Shown: piece by piece, positions 1 through 12,766 of the stretch
How the letters are laid out: each line of letters opens with the position of its first letter
Numbering within the stretch: position 1 is the stretch's first letter
DNA from: Haliotis rubra
Lineage: Eukaryota
Length of the DNA stretch: 64,000 bases
Reading direction: 5' to 3'
Assembly: GCF_003918875.1 (NCBI RefSeq)
Contig: NW_025766002.1
Span: 2,232,001-2,296,000 of the forward strand
The notes under the pieces: model-generated
What the model was told of the DNA's origin: nothing
The model's input: only the letters and a program-made list of their open reading frames with translations
Database searches by the model: none
Program-made: the position numbers and the translations under genes

Positions 1-220
1 GAGGTGAAATTGGGTTTAACGTGGTGCTTGAGAATATTTCGCTCATATGTGTATGTGCGGCTGCTTGTACTAGCCCAGACTTGAGCTGGTTTTATAGTGC
101 TAGCCCACTGAGATATCATGCCGCAGTGAAGCATGAATATCCCACTCAGACACATTATACTGACTCCGAGCCGACCAGTCCTTGATGTACCCATTAATGC
201 CGAGTGCCAGGCAGGGACCA
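1..220 (-). mobile_element. V-SINE-like element, partial copy (family 3)
   Basis: Near-identical to the 3' part of the copies at 35309 and 50474. Confidence 0.8.
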
Positions 221-247
221 ACGCTTGGTTGTGTAAGAAACTGGGAG

Positions 248-408
248 TAGGGAGGTCGGTAGCCTAGTGGTTAAAGCCCTCGCTCGTCACGCTGAAAACC
301 CGGGTTCCATTCCCCACATGGGTACAATTTGTGAACCTCATTTCTTGCGTTCCATGCACTGATATTGCTGGAATATTTCTGAAAGTGATGTAAAACCCGA
401 CTCACTCA
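248..408 (+). mobile_element. tRNA-derived SINE (family 1), diverged
   Basis: A box GGTAGCCTAGTGG, B-box-like GGTTCCATTCC, (ACTC)n tail; matches many other copies in the window. Confidence 0.8.
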
Positions 409-1002
409 TGAATCCTCTTCTTGGTGACTGCTATTCTAATAAGCCTATAATATTGCTGACAGGGCCACAAACGCTACTCACTCACAGGTAATCATTGTCA
501 TGGAAACTAGCACAGAAACAAGTGAACATTTATCTCTCAATATTATTTATTTTGCAAAATCAAAAGTTGAAGATAATGATACCACTTTCTGTTTATCAGC
601 TTAGATATATGTAAACCGATTATTAACTTATTGCATACATTCTTAAAAGTGTATTAAAGAGAGAAATATCACCATTAAACATCACATAAGTTCAATTCTA
701 TTAAAACCATGTGAAGAACAAATAGAAATAGGTAACCCAGTACCAGTAGTCACGTGTTACCAGTCCACAATGTATTTGGGGATAAACACAATCGTTCTCT
801 TGAATATGTATCAAAGGAAATGCACTACCTCAGAAAAATTAACAAAACATTTCTTCACATATCTGCTTTTCATAAAAGATAAACTAAAATAATTAAATCC
901 AGATACATTATGAGCTGATATTTTATTCCTCTTCCGTCAATCATAAAAATACATCTCTCAGCCATTCATCCACATCATCCATCACCATATCAGTGACGTT
1001 TG

Positions 1003-3895
1003 TCAGCGCTCCCATGGTTTGGCTTTCCTGTTCATAGTTGATGGTGAAGGATTTGCATCTGTGGGCTTCGCGTCTACAGTCTTGAGGCCTGGAATAGTCT
1101 TCCCACTCTGGATAAAGTCAATCACTTCACTGAACGACAGTGTTCCGGATTCGGGCGCAGTCTTCGTGTTAGAGCCGTCAGTGGTGGCAACAGGGCTGCA
1201 GGAGTTGTCTCCCTTACCACTCAACTGCCAGACCTGCGGCGTTGCCACACCTCTCTCTTGATAAATAAGAAATATAAATTCATGTTTACATGTGCCTGTG
1301 CGAAAAATAAACCTCTAAACGCCTCCAACAAGCTCAGAAGAAAGAATTCTTGAAATATATTTAAATGAAATACCATACCTTGAGAGCATGTTTTGACAAA
1401 TGAGTAATATGACTATGATCAGATCATATATCCAGATCAAAGTTTATAAAATGAAGCAATCTGACTTAACACGTAGTTGTGGACCAAAGTTCAAGGGGTG
1501 TCAAGAAGCATTGTTCTGTCCTACACCTTGACATGATTCACAGGTCTTGCAACATAACTTCACAGTTTCAAGCCAACATGTTCTAATATGAGCTATATTG
1601 TATGAGAGAGATGATGGAAAGACATCCGCCTGTATCCCCCCTTAAATTTCATTCTAGTCAAATCATATCGCCTGAATATATATTCATCATCTGATAACAA
1701 TGAGTTTTAACATGTTTCTTTAAATGTATCTTAACATACTAACAGACATTTCCAACTTCTAAAAATGCCACTCAAAGAAATTTGTCCTCATTGTTAAAGT
1801 TTTGGGGGGATACCGGCGGAAATCTTACGGTGATGACTGTGACACGAGTGAATGTGATGACATCTCAAGCATTATATATGTGTTTACTTGAAATTTCAAA
1901 CTATGTGCCTTCGGATGGCAATCTGAGTAAAATAGTTCCAATACTGTTCATAATTTGATTTTTATGGGTAATTTTTGTGTGTAAATTCTGAGAAATTGGG
2001 ATATTAATAATTCAAATTGGGTATATTTCCTATCATTTCCAGCAGACTTGGGGCCTATTATGAGCAGGTCTCAATAAATCCCTGATACATGCTAACATCC
2101 ATGTCTCATTGCTCATAACGCCATATGAATCCCGTTCAAATCCACCCAATCACCAACTGAATTGGGCAATGATAAAGTCCCCACAAATAATTACTTGCTC
2201 TTTAAACATGTAAAACTTATAGCAAATACAGTAGTTTCCTGATTTTGAGTCACAGTCATGAAATGTAGTAGGTCTCCATTGTAGCTGTAACATGCCAGTG
2301 ATACTCATATCTTCACTGTTACAGGCTCCCTGACCATTTAGAAAGCTCAGCAAGTAGAATTTGTTCTAAAGTTGATAATCACTCCAGGCAGTAGTATCCC
2401 TTGCAAGGAAATGTGTAATATACTTGAACAAATATGGAATGTCATGGAAATGCCTCTCATAGTTAGGGTGCTTACAAGAACTATACTTAGAAACTGATCT
2501 AGAAGTTGGTCAGTCATTGGAGCTGGGCGCCAAACATGGCAAACGTGGTGGTAAATAATCTATTCAGACATGGAACACAATCTATTTAGACAGTGAGTAT
2601 ACCCAACCTGTTTTTTCATTCTTGTTTACAGGATCTTCCTTCCACTTCATATATTCATCAATGTCGACAGCTTCAATGTGCCTGAAAGATAATGCAGGAA
2701 ACAAATATTTCCGGAATTCAAAAAAATATTATTATCAGAGTGAGGCACCCAACTGACAGCACACAAATTTAACGATCTAACCTACTCAGGCACCAATCCG
2801 TCACAAACATCGAAGTCTCACAGCTGGTAGTCTAGATCATGATTACGTTAGATTGCTGACTTAGTTTGCTGCTGATTAGATGCCTCAGTGAAAGTTGGTC
2901 TGAAAAGACATGAAGCTGTTCTTAAATATGTTTTTAGGTAAAAGGTTCTGATAACTCAAATGACTGATGACTCACGTGTAATTTCAACTTCCAAAACAAC
3001 ATCCAGCTAATATAATAACATAGAGGTGTGAAATGTCTGCTCCCTTATTGCACATGCATATCACGTGTATCCTAACCTTTTTGGTTACTATGTGCATAGA
3101 CCATATGCCAGTATATGCCAGTCTATATCAGGGCAGTGGGGAAGCCTAGTGGTTAAAGTGTTCGCTCGTCATGCAAAAGACCCAGGTTCGATTCCCCACA
3201 TGGGTACAGTGTGTGAAACCCATTTCTGGTGTCCCCTGCTGTGATATTGCTAGAATATTCCTAAAAGCGGTATAAAACTCTATTGGCTAATTAGTGATGG
3301 AAAATTCTGGAAGCAGAGCCAAGTGATACTGATTCTTTTGCCAGCCTAGATTCTCGTTAATTGATTCAGCATCAACTAATTGAATGTCTTTTTATGTTCA
3401 CATATGTAGATTAGAGAACTATGTAATCTTATTGAAATAAGAAACGGTTCAGTCCATCACATGAAAAGTGATGAACTTTCTAAATGAATACAGTAACATC
3501 ATATCATCTTACTTGGAATAATAGAAAAGTTTAGCTTTGAGGTACTGTTTATCTCGCTCACTGGGTGGCACAACACCTGCCAGTTTCTTCCATCCCGACT
3601 GGAACTGATCGTCATTATCAAATTGATAGTCTTCGAATTTTAGATATCTAAACTTTCTCTCAAGGTCCCTAACGCTGTCTTTCTTTGAATCTTTGGTAGC
3701 GTCTGTGTAAACATCCTTGGTTGTGGAATGAAAGCCTGAATCTGAATCGGATGCCTGGGATGTTGGGCCTTCACCAGCTCCGCCAATGCCAGTTGTCGCT
3801 TGATTTTGTGATTTTCTAAAATTCCGACTGCTTTCAGTTTTGTCTGTCTGGTCAGGCGGTCCGTCTTCAAATGTTGATGAATATGCGCTCGCCAT
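1003..3895 (-). CDS. PEX39: PEX39/C6orf226-like KPWE-motif protein, 236 aa; exons 3895-3513, 2681-2608, 1256-1003
   Basis: GT-AG junctions with matching phases (total 711 nt). N-terminal FEDYQFDNDDQFQSGW...LKAKLFYYSK and C-terminal LSFSEVIDFIQSGKTIPG...RKAKPWER match the DUF5572/KPWE architecture. Confidence 0.85.
3131..3280 (+). mobile_element. SINE family 1
   Basis: Matches the family consensus (A/B boxes, GCTAGAATATT tail). Confidence 0.8.
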
Positions 3896-4201
3896 CTTTT
3901 GTGCATTTGAGCTTGATTTGGTTTGTATCACCGTAAATAGCGGTGAGAAATGGGTAACGATCACCACTCACGGGGATACATCCAAAGTTCATTTTCAAAC
4001 CCGGAAGTGACCTTTATCCGTGGGGATGACGTTTAGCCAATAGCAACTGCGCTCTTAAATGCCCAGGTAATCTGGACCAATCAAATTAATTGTAAGGAGT
4101 TGCATACTTTCACGTGGGTTTGTTTTTGTTTACACCGGAACTAAGGTCATCCTCACTTCCTGATTCAAGGTGATCAAGGTCTAGGCTGATCAGAAGAAGA
4201 A
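3896..4201. promoter_or_regulatory. Bidirectional promoter between PEX39-like and SRD5A-like genes
   Basis: Divergent ATGs with 306 bp between them; ETS motif CCGGAAGT 4001-4008, CCAAT boxes 4037-4041 and 4077-4081, E-box CACGTG 4111-4116. Confidence 0.7.
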
Positions 4202-7200
4202 ATGGTGTTATTCGAGGTAAATATATCGTTTTCCCGTGTGATCATCAAGTATTTGACGTGGCGAGCTTTTAAATTAAAGCTTTTTAAAAAATGAAACCAC
4301 CAGGTGACCAACACAGCAGTCGAGAGCCGGGATGGGCCCCGCGAAGCTGCTGATACTCGAGATGCTACCGATCTGTTTTGACATGTTTACTTTCGGTCTG
4401 GTTTAAGTCTTGTGAGAAACAACAATGTTCAGCATTAATCTCCTAAATGGACCATGTATATCCGGGTTAGAACTGGTCTTCAGCAACCCTCGCCGAGAGC
4501 CACGATGCTGTCCTACAATAGTCGTGTATAGGACCGCATTGCGGCTCTCGGCTACAGCAACACATGCGTGTCATGAGAGATTAACAGGATCTGGTGGTCA
4601 GGCTCGCAGACTTGGTTGACACAATCATGTCATCGTGTCGCAATTGCGTAGATCGATGCTCATGCTGTTGATCGCTGGATTGTCTGGCACAGACTCCATC
4701 ATTTACATAGGCCCCTACTGCGGGTCAGAAAATCGATACACTAGGCCCCGGTTTAGTATCCACACCCCCTACTATATAATAATGATAAACTAGGCCCTGG
4801 TTTAGTATTCTCACTCCCTACTATATAATACATATTATATAGTAGGGGGTGTGGATACTAAACCGGGGCCTAGTGTATCGATTTTCTGACCCGCAGTGGG
4901 GGCCTATGATCATTTCCAGACGGCCGCCATATAGATGGAACGTTGCTGAGTTCATCGTTAAACAAACAAATACTCTCCAAAATGTGATATATATACGGGA
5001 AGTCTTCCCATTGTGACCAATTCTTGACACAAAAAGTAAATCATCTCTGAACTGAACATATTTTACACAAAAAGTCATTACATTTTTGCAATGATATGTA
5101 TAATAAAAAGCAACCAAGAGTCTTTCTTCATTTTTGGAACTGCGGCAATATACTGTGAGACAAACTTAAGAATAATGCCGACCTGTCATTTGAACCCGTG
5201 AATATGAAAAGCGGTGCAGTCCATTTTACCATTAAGGGGCATAGGGTATGGAAAGCGATAAACTGCTGTGAAGCATGTCAGTCTACTCTCGCTCTTCTGA
5301 AACGGGTTCTATTTGCTATTTTGTGGTTGACGATTTCCATACAAAATCCAATACAACTCTCGAATATTTTTTTGTGTTTAACGATAAAAAAAACCAAAAC
5401 TCAAAGGTTCAATTTTGTTCTAGCCTAGTTTCTGTGTGTGTGAATATGGATAATACGTTTGTGCTGTCCTCGAGGGGACGCACTTTCCCTGGGCTTGTGA
5501 ACTTACTGGTACCCATCACGGGAACGCATTTACCTTCGTCATTTATTTTGCGCAAGGTACTGACAGATATACCAGTAGCATTGCTGGCATTTTTGAGTGC
5601 ACTGTGTGTGTCAGAAATAGTACACAAGTACTGAATGACATTGTAGGCAACCTCACATGTTTGTGAATGAATGACTTGACCCTGTTTACCCAATTTACAG
5701 TGCGACATGATAAGTTTCAAATACCTGCAGAGTTTAATACTCTTTTAACAGTCCACTTTACAAGATACTAGTATACAAATGCTCGAGCAGAAACACGACG
5801 CTTCCCGAATCATTGCATAGACAGTGATTACTGCAAGGATCACAAAAACCCCTTCGAGTGGGCAGTGGATCAGTTCACGGCATGCTCCCCCCTCTCCTTT
5901 CACAAACGCGTCTTTCGCTCACCTAATTCTAATGTTGGTTGGACAGTAGTCTTGAAACTTTGTACACTTCGTAGTATGTATTAGATATATTTGTTTCAGA
6001 AACTGTATGACAAACTAAGCAAATAAGCACCATGTATTAACTAATTTGACATAATCATCTGCTTTAAATGATGAAAGTAAATTAAACCTGCATGCAGGAA
6101 GTAAATTTGTTATGTGTAACAGATTGAGATAAAACAACCCACCTGCAACTATTTATTTATGTCTCAATATTATCATAGAAATGAGTCCAAGAAATGTGTC
6201 TAGTGCCTATGCTAATGCAGGGCTCCAGATAAGGGCCGTATCGGCGTATGCACGGATAGAAAATATGCACGATACTGTAGGAAATAATTTAGAAAACGTA
6301 GCAGATATACACCACAGCAATGGTGTACGGTCTTAGAATCATTTACAGACGTATTTATCTGAAAAAAAGTATTGTTTTATTGTTTATTGACCTGTTTAGA
6401 CAAGAGTAGCAATGTTGTGGTGCATATTTGAAACGAAACACAAGATTACCGATAGTCCATTAGCTTCCATTCAGTACTCTAAATGTACACTTAAGGTTTT
6501 CCAGTACTCAATATTGAACAAATAAGGAGTACGTACTCCTGATGTTGAAAAATTATCTGGAGCCCTGCTAATGGTTGTAGTAGCATCAATGACACAGCAA
6601 GTGTGTTACAGTTGAAACCATGGACGTTCTATGAGGAAGGCAGCACAAGATTCTGGGTTCACTATGGCCTGGTTATATTTGGGTGTGTGTTGGCAGCCAT
6701 CACTGCATGTGTCCAGTGCTGTAAACCTGCTCCATATGGCCGACATGAAATGGAGGTGAGTCCAATAGTAACAGGTCATTTTGTATCACATTGGTTTTGT
6801 CTGCCTTTGATTATTTTATAACAAGGTTGTCTGGTGATTCTGAGTCCTCTAGTAATCTTTTCTCCTTCATGGGACAATATTTAAACATATTTACTTACCA
6901 TATGGGTATATGGGTTTTTAGTATATGCCTCCTATTGCTAAAGTTTCAAATTCAAGTGCTCCCCTCCCCCATCTTGAACACATCCTGGATGAGCTTCTAG
7001 GTTGATTATTGTTGTTTTCTGGGAGGTCAATGAAGATAAGGTTACTTGGCATATTGTTTTATTCACTGCTCTTCTGACAATCAGGGTTACTGACGAGAAT
7101 ATTCTCATTCATTCCCTCGGTACAGGTAATGTTCTCGGAGTGAGCAGGGACAGGCAGGAAGCTATGGTTACATGAAGAATTTAAAACTGTAACTGAAGAG

Positions 7201-10200
7201 TGGAAAATGATTCGGTATAAGGAAACGAAATAGGATTGAATAAAGGAATAATGTCATTCATAACAGTCAACATGACATTGCATGTATCTACTTACATACT
7301 GTACACTTGTAAATATGTTCCAGAATGGAGGATGGGGTCCCAAGATTCCTCAGCGTCTCAGTCACATTATTTCTGATGCATTGCCTGGTGTTGTCATGTT
7401 CTTGTTGGTGAGTCTGTACAGTTATGGCTGTTGGCTAATCTGAGCAGTGTCCATCAGCTGCCATGTTTGTACATGTTATAGATTAGCATCTATGATCCTT
7501 GGTATGCCAACAATGAGAATCTGCTTATGATCCATATTATACCAATAACGACAATCTGCTTTTGATCCATGCTATACCATTGTGGAGAATCATCTTATGA
7601 TCCATGGTTTGTAAATAAACAAATGGGGTGGGTGATGATGATGTTGAGGGGGGTCACCCTTTTTTGTCTGGAAGGTCAGGTGTATGTGGGTTGGGTTAAT
7701 ACATTTTTTACACATGTACTGGGGAGTGGGGGGTGTTCAGCAATTTTGTACGTAGTTATATTTGAAAACTATGCTTAAAAATTATGGGAAGGGGAGAGGG
7801 CGGACATTGATTTTGTACATGTCACTTACTTTGTACATATATTTTAGGGGGTGTCATTCACATTGTACATGCTCCTCCATAATAATCATCATCACCCCCT
7901 AGCCATAAATTATGAATGGCCCCTAAGACGTGTGTTTGTGTGGCAGGTGTTCTTCCTGTATGGTTCTGTGAGGTTCTACCAGAACTATGTGTTCCTGGTG
8001 CTGTTCCTGCTTCACTACATCCACAGGTAGATCAGCATAAATATGTTTTGGGTTTTAGGCAGGGAACCACTTAGTATTAAAGTTTATACACATGTTATTT
8101 CTTTTCGGCATAAGCTTGCTTCTTCAAATGTGTCATAAACCATCCAAAATACTTTACAAGTACATTTAATTATCCGTAAAGAACCTTAGAATTTCCCATG
8201 GTTAGGATTTATTTAGAATGTATTAGACACCTGCAGTCTAACAAAGTAATTCAAAACCCCTTAGTATGTTCAGTGCCATGGCTGACTTCAGTTGTTGAAA
8301 ATATGTATTGATTTCACAAATCATGCTCCAAGGGGTCTTGAAGTCTTGAAGTACCTAAAGAATCAACCTTTGTTTGAAAAATATCTATTACTCTCCAGAT
8401 CAATGTGTATTCCTGTATTGAAATTCACAACAAATAATCACAGATTACCACTGAAGCTGGCCATTGGCTGGACATCCCCTACAAAGACTGCCAGTGCCCA
8501 TTCTGTGATTATATTGGTGTGGGAGATGAATTTCATTATCTGTTTAGAAAAAAAAAATCTGGTCAGTTTACATTTTTGGCCAATAAAACATTAGGACTTT
8601 ATTTTTTGAGCAGGAAAAATTAACTTTTATGTTTTCCTTATTCTTGAAAAAATATGACCGCGGATCCGTAAAACAAGAAATAAAATTGGTCTGGCCTTAA
8701 TTTGTAAATTGTGTTAGTATCTGTGCATCCTTTTTCATTACTATTGTTACATACTGCAATTTGCATATATTGAAAATTGTACCTCATGTACCGCTGTGGG
8801 TGTTTTATTTCTGAAAAATGAATGAAAGGAGTCGTAGTGGTGGTTGCGTTTAGGTAGGGTTTGAAATATCTTCTTGCATGCTAGTTTTCAGGTAGGGACA
8901 GTTATCTTTGAAACACCTTACTAGCCTTTTCGGTAACTGTCAAACTGGAACTTGTGATTAAATGTGCTATATGAATCCATGTTGTGTTCCAGGGGCATCA
9001 TTCATCCCTTGGTGATGAGGTACAGAAGCCCCATGGTGTACATAGGGTAAGGGCTACTGGAGCTGAAGGGATCGTTGTTGGCTCGGATACTACAGATATG
9101 TACCCCAGATACGTTTCTGTATCAAAAAACGTACCCTAGCCAAAATCTGCATTCAGAAACGTACCCTAGGACAGGTCGTTTCTGCACTGTACCGTTTTCT
9201 TGATCGGAACTGCCATACTGTTGTATAAGATACATATATTTGTGTTATATAAGAAACAAGCATACACAGTAACAGATATTTTGCGATGCACAATGCTATT
9301 CGCAGTAAAGTTGAACAGGAACAACAACATAGGGTTTTGGGTTGCGGAATATGCATTCGTCCCCCGTATTGGGTACCGGGTACGTTTCTGTATTTTAACT
9401 TTGTTTAGGGAACATTTCTGTATACAGCTGACCCCTTCAGCACTACTCGAGTAGTACCTGGACAGGAGATGGAAACCATTTTGATTTCGTTGTTATTTAA
9501 AAAAAGAATCGCCATAGTGAAAATACAGATATATTCATTTGCAAAACTACTGCAAATTTTCTTTGTGCAACAATATGTCAACCATTGTCTACATTGATTC
9601 AGCAGAATGTTTTGGAGGTTGTTAGGGTGTTAGAGAAGGCACCTCTACTTTCTGTCAGATAATGTTTTATTTATCCCCTAAAACATGCCTATCTGTTCAG
9701 ACTGTCCATACCATCCTACTTCCAAGATATCATGTACATGGTGAGCTTGTTAGCTCTTGTCGTGCTTGGTCACATATTGATGTCTCAAAGAGACCTCACA
9801 TCTTTGCATGTGGAGTTTTTGCTCTAAGTGTATGATTTTTGTCGATGGACAGCATCCACTGTCCCACAGGCAAACCTGCCACGATTACTAATTTTGTCCG
9901 CTGCTTTGATTATGCAGATCCATAGGTCCAAAGGTCCAGTCACACTTTTCATAAGTTCGACCCCGCTGTAAAATATGTGGAATATTGCTTAATGACATAA
10001 AGCCATACTCACACGTAATGTTTATTCAGCAGATGGAAATGTTATCATGTCTTGTGGTCTTCACATTTTTTTCCTGCCTTCCTTGAAATTGTTGAATGGT
10101 AGGACATTTACATTTGAATAAACCATGTAAATTATGATGTAGTTTTGAATATGACGCGGTAGGTTTCAGTTTTCAAAACTGAAATTACAAATGTCTATCA

Positions 10201-12766
10201 GAGAGATAAGACTTGAATTCAGGGGAGACAACTCTATTTTTCAGAATATGTATTGGTGGATTTTTACCCAACTGCATTTTTCACTTCATCAATGCTGATT
10301 TTATAAGCTCGGCCACATATGCAGCTCATTATTACTAGTAAGTACAAACCATGTGCCTCAAGATTAGTGTGAGAGTTTCAACTGTAACCATTGTTATTAT
10401 GGTACAAACAGAAAGTCATAAAAGTGATCATATGACAAGTACAGTTTACATTGAATGACTAAACAGCTCCAGTAATTTCTCCGCCTTAATTTCGATATAT
10501 GTTTACGCTGATATAGATATAACAAAATTACATTTAAACTATACCAGGTTTTAATTCATTGTTATTCTTGCTTTCAGTGATCCTCGGTTCATATTGGGCA
10601 TTATTTTGTACATTATTGGCTTCGTCATAAACAGATGGGCCGACTGGAGACTCCGCTCCCTGCGGAACACCAAAGGAGTAGTTGATGGTATATTCTCTGA
10701 TGCTACTTACCTGGCCGCTAGGTCCAGAATCAAACTTTTATAGGCTGTGATCGTAGAACTGAAATATTGCTGAGTACGACAGTACATAATAAACAAAGTA
10801 ACAATCATGTGTAAACACAGCATGCCTGTGTATATTTACACATGTATACAGCTGTGACAAGAATAGGAACTGTTTTGACAAACAAGAAGTGTTTAGACAC
10901 ACAAAAAGTTGTTATTCATGGAACGTTTCATGTCTGTTGATATATTGGACCTGTGAAGGTCTGGGTCTTTAGCAACCCATGCTTGTTGTAAGAGGCAACT
11001 GATTCCATTATGGGATCGGGTGGTAGGACTCGTGGTATTCTCATTGCATAGGTCGTAGCTCTTGATGTCAGTCACTGGATTGTGTGGTCCAGACTTAATT
11101 ATTTACAGACTGCTGGCATATAGGTGGAATATTGTTGAGTGTGATGTTAAACAACAAACAAATGTCGATATATTGTTCTACAGGAGGGACTAATTACAAC
11201 ATTCCATATGGAGGACTGTTTGAGCTGGTCAGCTGCCCCAACTACTTCGGTGAGCTGGTGGAGTGGACAGGCTGGTGAGGTCCTCTTACACTTACTACCC
11301 TTACTTTGTTTGCTGTATGCGGGATTGGTCCTGTATTATTGGGTGAGGGTTTGGGTGATGGGTTTTGTTTATGAACAAATGAAAAAGGACAAGAGGAGGA
11401 GGGTGCCAGAGTCATGATGATAAACTTCTTGTACGGTAGGGTAACTGGTGTCATATAAAAAGTTTTCAGCAGACTGTTGAACAGTTCAATGAATATTTGC
11501 TCCACCCACCTACCACATATGATGATAGACCAGCCGATCTCACAGACAAGCCGTGGTCCTAACTTCACCCTTAAAATCAGTATCAAAATGGTATGTCCGG
11601 TAGATAAGCTGAACCATCAACCGCCGTACATCTTCTAATCATGATCAGTCATCCAATGTAGAGAGTATCAACAAATTATGGAACCTATTGTCACTGTATG
11701 TAGAAATAAAGTATGTTCTGTGCCAATAATTAATGACCAGCCCCTAACCATTTGCTCCAATAAGCAACCCATGACCCGTTTTAAAACTGATGTGTATTTG
11801 AACTATATATTGGGAATTATAAACAGCAAAGACCTCCACTCAAACCATTATGGTGTCTATCTGTAAAATGTCAAAATAATAAATAATGCTCATTTATATC
11901 TATAGTTTATCCATTATTGAATCAGAAATCTGACAAGTTCTTATTGTTGTGTATTTTTAAGAATTTACAAATGTTTTTGCCTTTATGGCATTATAGATGT
12001 TAAAAATAGTGTGCACATTTTGGATTGTAGGTTTTTTTATGTTACCAGTTTTTATGTTAATGCATTCATAAAAGTTAAAAATATTCAATTAACTTCAACA
12101 AAATGTACATTTATGATTTCTCATGTAGGTGTCTAGCAACATGGTCTCTCGCTGGGCTTGTGTGGCTGCTGTTCTGTGCTGCAACATTTGTACCCGGTTC
12201 CAGACATAATCATCTTTGGTCAGTGTACTTATTTTCTGTTTTTTTGTGTGTGTTTCACTTAATGTTGGCCCCCAATTCAAAATAATTTTCTCATCACTAA
12301 AATGCTGCAATGCCTCGTATGAATACTGGACCTTGCAATTCTGCTTCATATTCAAAAACATGCCTGCTGACTCTTATGAGGTCACAGCCAACATGACATG
12401 ACTCAGTGAGTTGATCTTCCCTCAGGCTCCCCTCAAGCACTCTGAACAGAGTTAAACGCTGGAGTTCTTCACAAATATTTTGAACTTGATAATGTATTTA
12501 ACTAGAGTATTCTCAACATGATTTTGAGAAAAAGAATCTTGTCGTGTATTACAAGTCTGAGAACAGTCTGTGGTCGTAATATCAGTTGTAACTGTTATAT
12601 TCATATGCCGACCTTTCACTCATTAGACAATTTTGAAATACACACTGTAATAAAATGGTATGCTATGGGGACACTTTAAATAATCTGTTCTCCTTCTGAC
12701 AGGTACAAGCAGCAGTTTGAGCTGTATCCCCCTAGCAGGAAGGCGTTGATACCATTCTTGTTCTGA
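4202..12766 (+). CDS. SRD5A1: 3-oxo-5-alpha-steroid 4-dehydrogenase (SRD5A1/2-like), 274 aa; exons 4202-4216, 6612-6755, 7324-7407, 7947-8026, 8993-9046, 10245-10337, 10578-10687, 11184-11274, 12129-12218, 12703-12766
   Basis: All junctions GT-AG and in phase (825 nt). Motifs APYGRH, HYIHR, INRWADWRLRSLR, GGLFELVSCPNYFGELVEWTGW, YPPSRKALIPFLF. Orthology to SRD5A1 versus SRD5A2 is not resolvable by eye. Confidence 0.92.
4490..4554. mobile_element. 65-bp palindromic MITE, T(A/C)G...CTA ends, 9-bp TSD (Academ-like)
   Basis: Inverted arms GCCGAGAGCC/GGCTCTCGGC; TSD CAGCAACCC/CAGCAACAC; second copy at 26866-26929. Confidence 0.7.
4706..4908. mobile_element. MITE with about 75-bp TIRs and 8-bp TSD (hAT-like)
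   Basis: CATAGGCCCC...GGGGCCTATG arms; TSD ATCATTTA (4698-4705) / ATCATTTC (4909-4916). Confidence 0.8.
5250..5720 (-). pseudogene. Decayed N-terminus of a Tc1/mariner-like transposase
   Basis: GQVIHSQTCEVAYNV...ATGISVSTLRKI...FTSPGKVRP resembles transposase HTH leaders; stops downstream. Recognition only. Confidence 0.35.
6218..6567. mobile_element. MITE with CAGGGCTCCAGATAA TIRs
   Basis: Perfect 15-bp TIR; CTAATG duplicated on both sides; related element near 55472-55963. Confidence 0.75.
8340..8825 (+). mobile_element. Degenerate LINE ORF2 3' end with an inserted MITE half
   Basis: QPLFEKYLLL...KFTTNNHRLP parallels 46624-47292; shares CTCATGTACCGC 3' UTR; 8555-8700 matches the MITE at 15710. 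Confidence 0.65.
9062..9441. mobile_element. Putative MITE
   Basis: GCTGAAGGG/CCCTTCAGC ends and internal AAACGTACCC sub-repeats in both orientations. Confidence 0.5.
10948..11162 (+). mobile_element. SINE family 2, diverged
   Basis: AACCCATGCTTGTTGTAAGAGGCAAC head and GGAATATTG...AAACAACAAAC tail. Confidence 0.7.

Larger units (their letters stand above)
4452..4968 (+). mobile_element. SINE family 2 (non-tRNA head) carrying two nested MITEs
   Basis: Collinear with the 31295-31536 copy once 4490-4554 and 4706-4908 are removed. Confidence 0.75.

Noticed and set aside
2150-2353. 67-aa ORF in the PEX39-like intron
   Set aside because: Flanking exons already join in phase, and there is no recognisable motif.
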